A stretch of DNA of 59,167 nt, filler included. It is 6 parts of 6 records of this genome, joined end to end, with 100 filler letters (N's around TTAATTAATTAA, not from the genome) between each part and the next. Parts side by side here need not be neighbours in the genome. Positions count along the whole stretch, not along the records: positions 42,441 to 59,167 come from DRR723986_14406; 5 more parts are not named here. One strand, given 5' to 3'. This document shows, one piece after another, positions 50,110 to 58,837 of the stretch (position 1 is its first letter; every line of letters begins with the position of its first letter). The notes under the pieces were generated by a model. That model saw nothing but the letters and a program-made list of their open reading frames with translations. It did not search any database and had not been told where the DNA came from. The translations under genes and the position numbers were made by a program.

Positions 50110-50123
50110 TGTTTAATTAAACA
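50110..50123. promoter_or_regulatory. 14-bp palindrome TGTTTAATTAAACA, putative operator, copy 2
   Basis: About 30 nt upstream of the ATG at 50080. Confidence 0.5.
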
Positions 50124-50224
50124 GCGTGTAGTGTGCAGGCATGGCTGGGATAGAGCGCGGACGTGTTTACGTGCTGGCCGCATGGCCGAGTTGTGGAATG
50201 CCGCACGTTGGCACTCCGGCAGCG

Positions 50225-50644
50225 TTAACCTTCCCGGTCCAGAAACTCACTGGCAGCGGCGGCAATAGCGAGGTGCCACTGAGCATTAAACTTCATGCCG
50301 GGTCCAATGAATTCCGACTCGCAGGCGATTTTGTTTAACATGCCATTTTCTGCTGTGAAGAGTACATACCTGAATTCAGGCCGCGCCCATGTTCCCGGCT
50401 TGCCTGCGCATGCCAGATAAAGCGTGTTACCGGTAAACCATGTTGTATCTATGCAAACAGGACTACCCTGGAAGTGTGCCGCTCCCACCTTGCGCTCGTC
50501 AATACCTGTTAACTCGATAATGCTCAGGTGGCCCAGGTCACCAAAGGTGTTAAGGAGTATGTCGGCTTGCACCTTCAGGTCCAGTTCCTCGTGCGGCTGC
50601 GCTCGTTCACTCGAATCAATGAATCGGTTTCCCATAGTACACAT
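50225..50644 (-). CDS. Hypothetical protein, single-domain paralog of 49337..50080
   Basis: AGGAGA SD before the ATG at 50644; LYLACAGKPGTWARPEFRYVLFT vs FYLACLAYAGRWDRPVYKYVLLT. Confidence 0.7.
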   Translation of the reverse strand: MCTMGNRFIDSSERAQPHEELDLKVQADILLNTFGDLGHLSIIELTGIDERKVGAAHFQGSPVCIDTTWFTGNTLYLACAGKPGTWARPEFRYVLFTAENGMLNKIACESEFIGPGMKFNAQWHLAIAAAASEFLDREG

Positions 50645-50748
50645 TCTCCTATATGTTCTGCGTGGATGCAGATGTTGTGTAGCCTTGCTGCCAATCTTCA
50701 TTCGCGCTCATGGAGTACACCAATCGCATATGGTAAGCCCGTGGAAGT

Positions 50749-50834
50749 GGCGGGACCGCACCATGCCGTGCAGTGTGGCACGGCACGGCCCGCCCGCTCC
50801 TAGCTGGAGTAGATTATTCCTGTGTTATGTTAAC
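50749..50834 (-). repeat. Structured upstream element, copy 1
   Basis: Ungapped 57-nt match to 51583-51639 plus a conserved hairpin. Confidence 0.65.
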
Positions 50835-51068
50835 ATTCTGTGTAGTCTGTCAAGTAAGCAGATGCACCAACTGGCGCTGCGACCGGGCGTCGATCTCTAT
50901 CATCGTGACATTGTCGGCACCGCTGCGTACCGCGAACACAGGGTTCGAATGCATGCGTGCCTGGGCATAACAGTAGAATTGTTAAGCGATTGTGTTTTCT
51001 TCATAGATTCACCGTGTTTAAGTGCTAAGGCCGATTTGTTGGCAGCACCGCTGCTGCGGGGTAACGCC

Positions 51069-51470
51069 TTAGTGCTGGTCTTTCGGCAGCCAGCGGTTCC
51101 AGAACTCAGCGTACTCGCGCATGAAATACGTTAGTTGCCGGTGAATCTGACTGTCGTCCTCCGGGATATCCGGCAGAGCCAGAATGGTTGCATTAGACAT
51201 CAGGCCACGGCTGCAGTGAGCGTAGCCTGTCCAAATCAGCGCGCAGGGCAGTCCACCGTCAAACGTTCCGATTGTCATGACCCTGCCCTCGTCGTCCTTG
51301 AGCGTCAGGAACACCGTTTGGTCGCCCGCGTCCGCCGCCTCGATCACGGCACTGGAATCCACCTTGCGAAACGCGCTGGACTCCGGGGTTTCACGCACGA
51401 GGCGCAGCAGGCGCTCTGCCATTTGCCGTCGCTGAACTTCTGGAACGTCGTTTGATTCACTCTTCTGCAT
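51069..51470 (-). CDS. Hypothetical protein
   Basis: ATG at 51470 (MQKSESND...) with GGGGA upstream. Confidence 0.6.
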   Translation of the reverse strand: MQKSESNDVPEVQRRQMAERLLRLVRETPESSAFRKVDSSAVIEAADAGDQTVFLTLKDDEGRVMTIGTFDGGLPCALIWTGYAHCSRGLMSNATILALPDIPEDDSQIHRQLTYFMREYAEFWNRWLPKDQH

Positions 51471-51554
51471 ATTCTTGTCCCCGCGAATGTGTTGTTGTAC
51501 TGTCACTACGGTGCAGGCGGAAGTCTCCGCCGCCCCATGCCGAGTAAAGCCACG

Positions 51555-51639
51555 GACCAGGCCGCACCACAACCACAAAAGGGCACGGCGCAGCCTGCCG
51601 GCTCACTATTGGAGTGGATTAATCCTACATTGTGTTAAC
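51555..51639 (-). repeat. Structured upstream element, copy 2
   Basis: Matches 50749-50834. Confidence 0.65.
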
Positions 51640-51680
51640 TACATCAGAATGTAATCAGGGGCGTGCAATATCCAGTGTTG

Positions 51681-52268
51681 TCATACTGCTGTTTCCTTCC
51701 TTGTAGTTGCGCACATTCTATCGATCAGTTGTACCGCCGAAGGACCGATTGGTATCGGTACTTCCAGCTCGGCACGCCCATTGGGCTTGACATCAATGCC
51801 AACGTCTGTACTCTCAATCCGGAAGCAAAAGTATTTCCGTTCATTGTGCCGACGGTCGGTCATGTTGCTGGAATCAGCCGAAACAACGTGTAGCCAGTGT
51901 AAGCAGCGTAGATGCTCTACCGGAATTGGCGCGGGTTCGGGTTCCGGCAGCGGGCTGCTCAGTACATGGCGAGCATATGACCTGAACCGGCGGAGTATTT
52001 CCTTCAGGATTCGTTCTGCGCCGAGCGCAATCGGGATGCTGACATCGACGGAACGATCCTCTTCTTCCGGCAGGGTAACCTGCACCCGGAGCATGTATCC
52101 GCCACGGATGGACAAAACACGGAACTCCGCCCCCGTACGCACGAGGGCGACCTCCGACAGACATGTGGAGACTGCCGGTATCCAATCTGTGCCCGTCTCT
52201 GCATCGCACTGTGATAATAGTGCGTTGAGGCAGGCCTCCGCCGTCAGGCCAATATTCGTGAAGCTCAT
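51681..52268 (-). CDS. Hypothetical protein, family D copy 2
   Basis: IPIALGAERILKEILRRFRSYARHVLSSP vs LPLFAGPEVVRDTIIERFSEFAQRPLPSP in 54793..55443. Confidence 0.7.
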   Translation of the reverse strand: MSFTNIGLTAEACLNALLSQCDAETGTDWIPAVSTCLSEVALVRTGAEFRVLSIRGGYMLRVQVTLPEEEDRSVDVSIPIALGAERILKEILRRFRSYARHVLSSPLPEPEPAPIPVEHLRCLHWLHVVSADSSNMTDRRHNERKYFCFRIESTDVGIDVKPNGRAELEVPIPIGPSAVQLIDRMCATTRKETAV

Positions 52269-53099
52269 CTATTTCACTCCTGTAGGTCGTTGCGATTCGG
52301 CAAGCAAGGCATGAACCAATTGCAGCATGATGCTATCGGGAGATTCACACGCCTCAGGCGCCACTCCTTCGGTCTGCCATGTGCGCAACTTGCCAAGGGT
52401 ATACTCAAGAGACGGCGGCCGATTCGTGCCGGGGTACTGCACATAGAATTTCAGGTTGCATACCACATCCACGACAGTGCCGATACCGCCATACATTGCC
52501 TCGACGTATGCTTTTGCCGCCGCCGGGTCCGGCGCGGGGCTCTCAGAATCGCACTCCTCGCTCAGGAACATGGGAGCTGCTTCCTGCGGTGCCGCCGGGC
52601 TTTCTACTACGTCATCCAGTATGATTGGAAGCGGACTGCGTACCTGCAGATAGAACCGTCCGTCGCGCTCTTCCCAGGCAAATACCTGCTCCGGGCATGG
52701 CTTCATGGTCAACCGCTGCAGGAACTGGTATGGACCTTCGGGCGTATCGGGCGCGCGCTCTATGTCGCGATGGACGCCTTCGGCCCACCGGATGTGTCGC
52801 AGGAAACTCTCACGCCCCGCTTCGCCTCGAAGGTCACATTCCAGCGGCGGAACCACGTGGCAAGTATCGATGACACTGCCGCTGCGGCAGAACACCTTCA
52901 CGATGACCCGCCAGGAGAGCAAGTCATCGTGAAACGCATCAATTACCACGCGCGCTCCTGACGGCACATCCCAGAGTGCCAGTGAGTCTTCATACCCATC
53001 GTCTGTAGCAGAGCGAGCTTCAAGGCGCTCACGCAGAACGTCCAGTGCTGCGTCCAGTTGTTCGGGTGTCGGAACGAGCGTTCCCATTATCGTTGCCAT
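52269..53099 (-). CDS. Hypothetical protein, family B copy 2
   Basis: LVPTPEQLDAAL / DLRGEAGRESFLRHIR / PSLEYTLGKLRTWQTEGV match 55440..56237. Confidence 0.75.
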   Translation of the reverse strand: MATIMGTLVPTPEQLDAALDVLRERLEARSATDDGYEDSLALWDVPSGARVVIDAFHDDLLSWRVIVKVFCRSGSVIDTCHVVPPLECDLRGEAGRESFLRHIRWAEGVHRDIERAPDTPEGPYQFLQRLTMKPCPEQVFAWEERDGRFYLQVRSPLPIILDDVVESPAAPQEAAPMFLSEECDSESPAPDPAAAKAYVEAMYGGIGTVVDVVCNLKFYVQYPGTNRPPSLEYTLGKLRTWQTEGVAPEACESPDSIMLQLVHALLAESQRPTGVK

Positions 53100-53769
53100 T
53101 GGCAGGTTTCTCCGTGTGTGTTTGTAGTCCCAGTTCAGCGATAGTGCCTACCTCATGCAGCAGTTCAGCTCCGCCGCAGATTTCCACTATCAGGTGATTA
53201 CCTGAAGTGCAGCGCCTTCCGGATATCTCTATTCCGTCGCCCGTCATCGTGAAGGTGCCGGTGTTGCCTTTCAGCTCAAAACCCTGCCTGCGTGCCACGG
53301 CATGCAGCTGTTTCCAGAAGAGTGCTTTCCGGACCAGATGTTCAATGTCGGTCCACAGAATTGTTTCCACTTCGCTGTACTGCTGATGCTCGCCCTTGTT
53401 TTTTGCCTCACCCAGGATGAAGCGCTTTACATGGTAGCGCAGCTGGCCGGGAGTTCTGGCTGGTTTTAACTCCTTGCGCGCCCTCCACCGCGGAGACTGT
53501 GTGAATCCCAACATACGTTCACCCTCGTACTCGATTTCAATGAAGTTCCCAGCCGAATGCAGGGCCGAACGACTGTGCCGAACCCTGAAGAGAGCCGGTC
53601 CCGCCGACAGGTAGAATACTGTATCACCGGGAGCCACTGAAATCGAATTGGAACGCGCCGGGAACGCTTCATCAGCAGCTGCAAGACAGATAGTTGCCAA
53701 CTCGTGCAACTTATCCGGCGTGCTGCCATAACTGACTATCATGCTTTCGATCATCTCATTGGCAGACAT
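53029..53769 (-). CDS. Hypothetical protein, family C copy 2 (start MSANEM at 53769)
   Basis: GAGGAGG SD; GQLRYHVKRFI and GTFTMTGDGIEISGR..NHLIVEI match 56234..56929. Confidence 0.75.
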   Translation of the reverse strand: MSANEMIESMIVSYGSTPDKLHELATICLAAADEAFPARSNSISVAPGDTVFYLSAGPALFRVRHSRSALHSAGNFIEIEYEGERMLGFTQSPRWRARKELKPARTPGQLRYHVKRFILGEAKNKGEHQQYSEVETILWTDIEHLVRKALFWKQLHAVARRQGFELKGNTGTFTMTGDGIEISGRRCTSGNHLIVEICGGAELLHEVGTIAELGLQTHTEKPANGNDNGNARSDTRTTGRSTGRSA

Positions 53770-54649
53770 GTGCAGCCTCCTCGGTCGTCTGGTCGTTCCA
53801 TGTAGCAATGGATGCATACATCGAAGCCATTGCCAGGTATCCCAGCGTCTGCACGCGCCGCGCCGCCACACCTGTGTCGTACTGCTCCGGCAGTACGGCG
53901 CGGTACGCATCGGCATGCATCGACAGTGATTCAAATTCAGCGAAATTGAGCCACCATGCCGGGGTTGACCATAGGCAGTAGAACAGCATGCCGACATCCG
54001 CTGCGTTTGCATCCAGCACTTCGGTCAGTAGCTCGGCGGCCTTATCTGCGTGCTCAGCAGCAGCTGTGCCTGGGCTGCCGCTCGTCTCGGCGCTCACCGC
54101 AGTGTCCTGCTCACCATAGGCAAGGGTAAGCAGGTCACCTGCGCAGTTGCGAGTGCGCAGAGAGTAGCGGCCGTCGCCGGACTGCTCATACTGAAAAAAC
54201 GCAGTGGGCATCGAGAGCAGACGCTGGAAAAACACGTGCTGCACCAGATGCAGACTACTGCGGTTCAGCTCCTTGCGTGCCAGACGCAGGCACAGCGTGT
54301 GGAAGGGGTAGAGAAACTGCCGGCGGAATTGCGGCAGCGTCGGGGCATGCCCGGCTTTGAACGTGCACGCATGAATCGAACGCTCTTCGCTGCCATGGCT
54401 CGACGCATAGACAGGCCGCAATCCGGCAACGTGCACATCGCCATTCTCCAGAAGGTCTATCACGACAATCAGGCAGCCTCCGGCAAGGTAGCGCAAGCGC
54501 CGCAGTTCCAGGTGCCCAGGTGTAAGCTGAGCAGACAGGCGGTCATAATTGCCCGCCGTTGATGGCTCATACATTCCTAGCTGCCGCATGACATCCGAGA
54601 AATGCAACGCCGATACCTCCCAGGCGGGGGGGGCTTCCATCGTTTGCAT
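53756..54649 (-). CDS. Hypothetical protein, family A copy 3
   Basis: FLYPFH, FFQYEQSGDGRY, LFYCLWSTPAWW, HADAY. Confidence 0.75.
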   Translation of the reverse strand: MQTMEAPPAWEVSALHFSDVMRQLGMYEPSTAGNYDRLSAQLTPGHLELRRLRYLAGGCLIVVIDLLENGDVHVAGLRPVYASSHGSEERSIHACTFKAGHAPTLPQFRRQFLYPFHTLCLRLARKELNRSSLHLVQHVFFQRLLSMPTAFFQYEQSGDGRYSLRTRNCAGDLLTLAYGEQDTAVSAETSGSPGTAAAEHADKAAELLTEVLDANAADVGMLFYCLWSTPAWWLNFAEFESLSMHADAYRAVLPEQYDTGVAARRVQTLGYLAMASMYASIATWNDQTTEEAAHVCQ

Positions 54650-54792
54650 ACTATCCTCACAAAATGATGATTGGAATATTGCCCGGTACTATGGGCCGTT
54701 TTATTGAAACGCGGCATGCCGCGACCGGGCATACTACAATAGCAGTATGCTTGTATCCGGCGCAGGTGCTGCCGTTGAACTGATGGTAATTC

Positions 54793-55443
54793 CTATGCTG
54801 CAGGGGGCTCGGTCGCCTGCAAAAGACGCTGCAGAAGAGCGCCTGCAAGTGCCGGGTCTGCAAGCGTAACGGTAGCTCTAATAGACTCACTGGTGCCCAT
54901 CACCAGTTCAGCAAAACCACCGGCGACAGGTAGAGAACATGTAATTGCCCGGCCGGTGTCGCACTGCCATCCTTCCCGAGTGCGTCTGAATCGCTTGCCG
55001 AGTGCTGTGTGAAACTGTTCATCGCCGCGATGCAGCAGCGTGTGCATGACTCCAATCGGCATGAATCCGCCGACCTGCAACTCATTCCGGTGGGAGTACC
55101 GGCCCGCTGCGCTATCGCGCAACGGGGCATCAGGACTGGGCAGGGGGCGCTGCGCGAATTCCGAGAAGCGCTCAATGATCGTGTCACGGACTACTTCCGG
55201 GCCCGCAAACAAGGGCAGAGCTTGTTGTGGGACTATTTCGTTGCGTGCGTTCCGTTCTGTTGTATACACTTCCTCGTCAAACACTGCCGTGATATACTCA
55301 CCGCCATCGGGAGCACTGAGACCGACCGCTTTGTCCTGACGTGATAGCATAGGCACCCAGGTTTCGCACCCAAGACTGGAGAGTCTCTGATGCAGAAGCG
55401 GGAAGAACGACAGCTCGGCATCCAGTAATTGGGATAGCGTCAT
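54793..55443 (-). CDS. Hypothetical protein, family D copy 1
   Basis: 4-nt overlap with family B copy 1; paralog of 51681..52268. Confidence 0.7.
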   Translation of the reverse strand: MTLSQLLDAELSFFPLLHQRLSSLGCETWVPMLSRQDKAVGLSAPDGGEYITAVFDEEVYTTERNARNEIVPQQALPLFAGPEVVRDTIIERFSEFAQRPLPSPDAPLRDSAAGRYSHRNELQVGGFMPIGVMHTLLHRGDEQFHTALGKRFRRTREGWQCDTGRAITCSLPVAGGFAELVMGTSESIRATVTLADPALAGALLQRLLQATEPPAA

Positions 55444-56237
55444 ATCTGCACCTGCCCTTCGAGTTCTCCGGCCAGTAAGAGGCGGCTGGTGATCATGTGA
55501 ACCAGCTCAGTGGGCTGCGGAAGACTGCCTGTGCCAACTCCGCCGGTAGCCCACAGATGCAACTTCTGGCCCAGAGAGCGTAACGACGGAATCCGGTCCC
55601 AGGCTGCAGGTACGCTGTTTAACCGTTCAAACGCAACCATAGCCTCGCAGATCATCGCGCTCATTCCGCTCACAGTTTGCAGCATGTACAGCGAGGTGTC
55701 CTGCGCTGTGTCCAGGTTCTGAGCCTGCAGCGCTTCGGCGGTAAAGAATGCCGCATGCTCGCCAAGGATCAGCTCACTCATTGGTCCAAGGTGGAGTTTC
55801 GATGTGTCACCATGTTGGTTCCACTGAACCAGTGCTTGGGGATTGTCAAGCAGTGGCTTAAACAGCGTTGCTGCGGAAACCGGCCACGCGGCAGCACCCT
55901 GTAAACTCGCCCAGAGTTCTTCCTGCAACCTGATATGTGTTATGAGCTGCTGCCTGCCGTGCATGTCCCGCAGGGAGAGCGGTTTTTCCTCACCCAGCTC
56001 CAAGCCGCTGAACACACTGTTTTCCGGCCCGGAAATCCGAATGCGCATTGACCACGAGTACCAGCCGAAGTGCAAGGGCAGAATATCCACGACCAGGCCA
56101 TACCGCATGCGCCACCGCACAAATGCCATTGTATTACGTTCTACTGCGAGCGGTTCCGCTGCCAGCTCACGTGCGCAGAATTCCAGAGCGGCGGCCATTT
56201 CCAGAGGCGTAGGAACGATACTTGCCGAGAGTTTCAT
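55440..56237 (-). CDS. Hypothetical protein, family B copy 1
   Basis: IVPTPLEMAAAL / SLRDMHGRQQLITHIR / PSLRSLGQKLHLWATGGV. Confidence 0.75.
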   Translation of the reverse strand: MKLSASIVPTPLEMAAALEFCARELAAEPLAVERNTMAFVRWRMRYGLVVDILPLHFGWYSWSMRIRISGPENSVFSGLELGEEKPLSLRDMHGRQQLITHIRLQEELWASLQGAAAWPVSAATLFKPLLDNPQALVQWNQHGDTSKLHLGPMSELILGEHAAFFTAEALQAQNLDTAQDTSLYMLQTVSGMSAMICEAMVAFERLNSVPAAWDRIPSLRSLGQKLHLWATGGVGTGSLPQPTELVHMITSRLLLAGELEGQVQI

Positions 56238-56929
56238 CGTTGCTCCTTGTCACCTGGTTTGTAGCAGTTTGACCTGTTAACATTGGGCAGGAGAGCCTTT
56301 ATCAGCTCTTCACCCTTGCCGTCCAGCTCTACCGTAAGTTGATTGTTCGCATCCCAACGGCCGGAGATATCATACCCACGCCCGGTCAGCGTAAAGGACT
56401 TCCCGCTGCAAGTAAAACGTACGTTGTTGGTTGCCGCAAAGCCATGTACTTGCTGCAATGTTAACAGCATCGGTATATGCTCAACTACAGGGCTGGCGGA
56501 GCGCTCCTTCAGCGTGTAATGCAAGTTGCGATGTAAGGCTGGAACATGTTTTTTCAGGTACAAACGCATACTATGTCGCAGCTGCCCGGCGCTCCGTTTA
56601 AGATAGAGAACCTCAGATTTCATGCCGCCTGATCGTGACATGAGCGTATCGTCCGCATCCAGGTGTTTGCATTCATTACGGGCCCGCACAAATGCTACCT
56701 GCAGTTCGGATGAGTATGGCAGATGTTCGACCACGGTCAGATGATTTTCGATTAACAGAAAGCGGCGGTTGGTTTCGTGAAGTGGTTTTGCCACTTCAAC
56801 ATACCTGTCCGGAAATACCTGCAGTGCTGCTTCAAGCAGTAACTGTTCAATCGGCTTCCACCGGCTTTCTGTTGCACCGCCGGACACGTACGCGCCGCCG
56901 GTGCTGCTTGCGTCGTCAGTCTGTATCAC
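56234..56929 (-). CDS. Hypothetical protein, family C copy 1
   Basis: LLEAALQVFPDR, GQLRHSMRLYL, KSFTLTGRGYDISGR..NQLTVEL. Confidence 0.75.
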   Translation of the reverse strand: MIQTDDASSTGGAYVSGGATESRWKPIEQLLLEAALQVFPDRYVEVAKPLHETNRRFLLIENHLTVVEHLPYSSELQVAFVRARNECKHLDADDTLMSRSGGMKSEVLYLKRSAGQLRHSMRLYLKKHVPALHRNLHYTLKERSASPVVEHIPMLLTLQQVHGFAATNNVRFTCSGKSFTLTGRGYDISGRWDANNQLTVELDGKGEELIKALLPNVNRSNCYKPGDKEQR

Positions 56930-57842
56930 CGGTTTCCTCCGTCAATGTTGTTGAAGCTGTAACTGCAGAACACCGCAGCACGTCGGTGTTGGCTGTCAGA
57001 ATCGAAGTGATTGCTGCCTGATACAGCTGCGCCAGTACGAGCACACGTTCTGTCTCACGTGCCGTACCTGCTGCGCCATGATGGGACTGAGTGTAGGCTT
57101 CGGCATGCGCGTGCAGGGGACGCAGCGGCACAAACTGCGGCCACCAGGCCCGGTTACACAGCAGTTCGTATGCAATCCGCCCAGCGGTAGAATTTTCTGG
57201 CTGCCCGATCGCATGGTCGAACAGCTTCCACTCTGCTACCGGCTTATCAAGCCCTGCTATCTTGTGCGCCCGCTGCGCATCAGGAGCATCCCACACAGGA
57301 AACTCCAGCGGGTACTGCAGGCGCAGAAGCTGAAGGCAAGGATTTGCATGCAGCAAATGCACCCGGCCATTGTCCCGGCACTCAAAGCCAAAGAATTCAC
57401 TCGGTTGATGCAGCATCCGCCGCCCCAACGCAAGCAGCGCAGCTTCGGGAATCACAAGTGACTCCTGCAACCTGCAGAGAATCGCTGCATGGAATTTCGT
57501 GAGAAACGTGTTAACAAACTCCTGCGGCGTAACAGTATGGCAGTTAAAACTCCATTCCGCAAGCGGTGCCGGTTGCTGCACGGCACTAAGGTGAGTAATG
57601 CGTGTTAACCTGCCTCCAACATGTACCATCGAATTCGGAGCCCATGAGAACGTTACCGGACACAGCCCGGCAGCATCATAACAGACGTGATGCTGCGTAA
57701 AGTCACGATGGACGTCAAGCGTGTCCAGGGTGAGCGGGGCAGAAGTATCAGCGGCAGAATACATCGGTATGGGGGCCATCAATTCCGCAATTTTCTCCGT
57801 TGTGTGCTTCCAGTTTGAACGGTCCTTGTCAGCTTGTGTCAT
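56916..57842 (-). CDS. Hypothetical protein, family A copy 2
   Basis: FLTKFH, FFGFECRDNGRV, IAYELLCNRAWW, HAEAY; AGGAGA SD. Confidence 0.75.
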   Translation of the reverse strand: MTQADKDRSNWKHTTEKIAELMAPIPMYSAADTSAPLTLDTLDVHRDFTQHHVCYDAAGLCPVTFSWAPNSMVHVGGRLTRITHLSAVQQPAPLAEWSFNCHTVTPQEFVNTFLTKFHAAILCRLQESLVIPEAALLALGRRMLHQPSEFFGFECRDNGRVHLLHANPCLQLLRLQYPLEFPVWDAPDAQRAHKIAGLDKPVAEWKLFDHAIGQPENSTAGRIAYELLCNRAWWPQFVPLRPLHAHAEAYTQSHHGAAGTARETERVLVLAQLYQAAITSILTANTDVLRCSAVTASTTLTEETGDTD

Positions 57843-57940
57843 AGAGCGGGTTCTCCTATTGTTTAACTGTGTTGTTTAACCGAATGTTTCCGCAATTGAT
57901 CGTCGTACTGCATCAGCGCCTGGGCCGTCCGGAGACGCGC

Positions 57941-58837
57941 TCAGATAGTTGTGTTAATGACAGCTTGCATGGTAAGTGCGCGCAGACTGGCCAGATTGCG
58001 TTCACACGTCGTCACCTGATCGGGGCCACATGGAACGACCTGCGAAAACTCAATCATAGCCTGCGCAGGCTGAAACGGTCGTATCAGGTGCCACCATGAA
58101 TGGTCACTAAGCCAGTAGTAAAGCAGTGTGGCGTGATGCGGCTTCAGCGATTCGCCGTTGCCGGCCAGAATACGCCCGAGAACATACCAGTGTTGTTGAG
58201 CACCATACTTTACGGTCCTTACCTCGCAGTCCGGGCTCGTATCCCCGGGCGCAGGGGCATACCCTTCAACCGTTAGGAACTCATGTACCAGGTTCTTGCA
58301 GTGGAGATATGCTCCATCGGACTTAAACTCGTACGAGCACAAATTTGCTGATGGCTTGCACAGATATTGAAGTAGTGCGACAGTACTGTCTTTTGCATAC
58401 TCCGGCTGGGACACCTGTATGTCATTTATTATGCTATCATGGAACGTTAACAGACCTTCCATCAACTGCTCTTGAGCACTGCCGGACAGCAGGTCAAGTT
58501 CAAAAGAGTGTTGTAACCACCGTTTAAGCGTAGGTTCCGTCTCTTCGGCACCCTCGAACCTGCATTCTTCTTCCAAAGAGTAACACTCTACCGTTGCGAT
58601 GTCTTCTCCTTCGGGCATATGAAACTCAATGAGTAGGCAGGTAGGCGCCTGGTAACAGAGTTTTGCTGTTGGAGTTGTTGTTAACTCGCACTGTAAAGAG
58701 ACACCCAGCATGCGTGAGTCTTCCGGCTTAATCGCTCCATTCTGTGAATAGACTGATGAGTACCGCTCCATGAGTTGTTGTACCTTCGCAGTTGATTTCA
58801 CCGTATAATTATCGGCACTGTTAGTCTGCATAGTCAC
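57941..58837 (-). CDS. Hypothetical protein, family A copy 1
   Basis: LLTFH, LCSYEFKSDGAY, LLYYWLSDHSWW. Confidence 0.7.
   Translation of the reverse strand: MTMQTNSADNYTVKSTAKVQQLMERYSSVYSQNGAIKPEDSRMLGVSLQCELTTTPTAKLCYQAPTCLLIEFHMPEGEDIATVECYSLEEECRFEGAEETEPTLKRWLQHSFELDLLSGSAQEQLMEGLLTFHDSIINDIQVSQPEYAKDSTVALLQYLCKPSANLCSYEFKSDGAYLHCKNLVHEFLTVEGYAPAPGDTSPDCEVRTVKYGAQQHWYVLGRILAGNGESLKPHHATLLYYWLSDHSWWHLIRPFQPAQAMIEFSQVVPCGPDQVTTCERNLASLRALTMQAVINTTI

Noticed and set aside
47646-58837. Integron interpretation (integrase plus gene array)
   Set aside because: The integrase is co-oriented downstream of the array, most genes overlap with no room for attC sites, and I see no IntI-specific insertion; IntegronFinder would settle it
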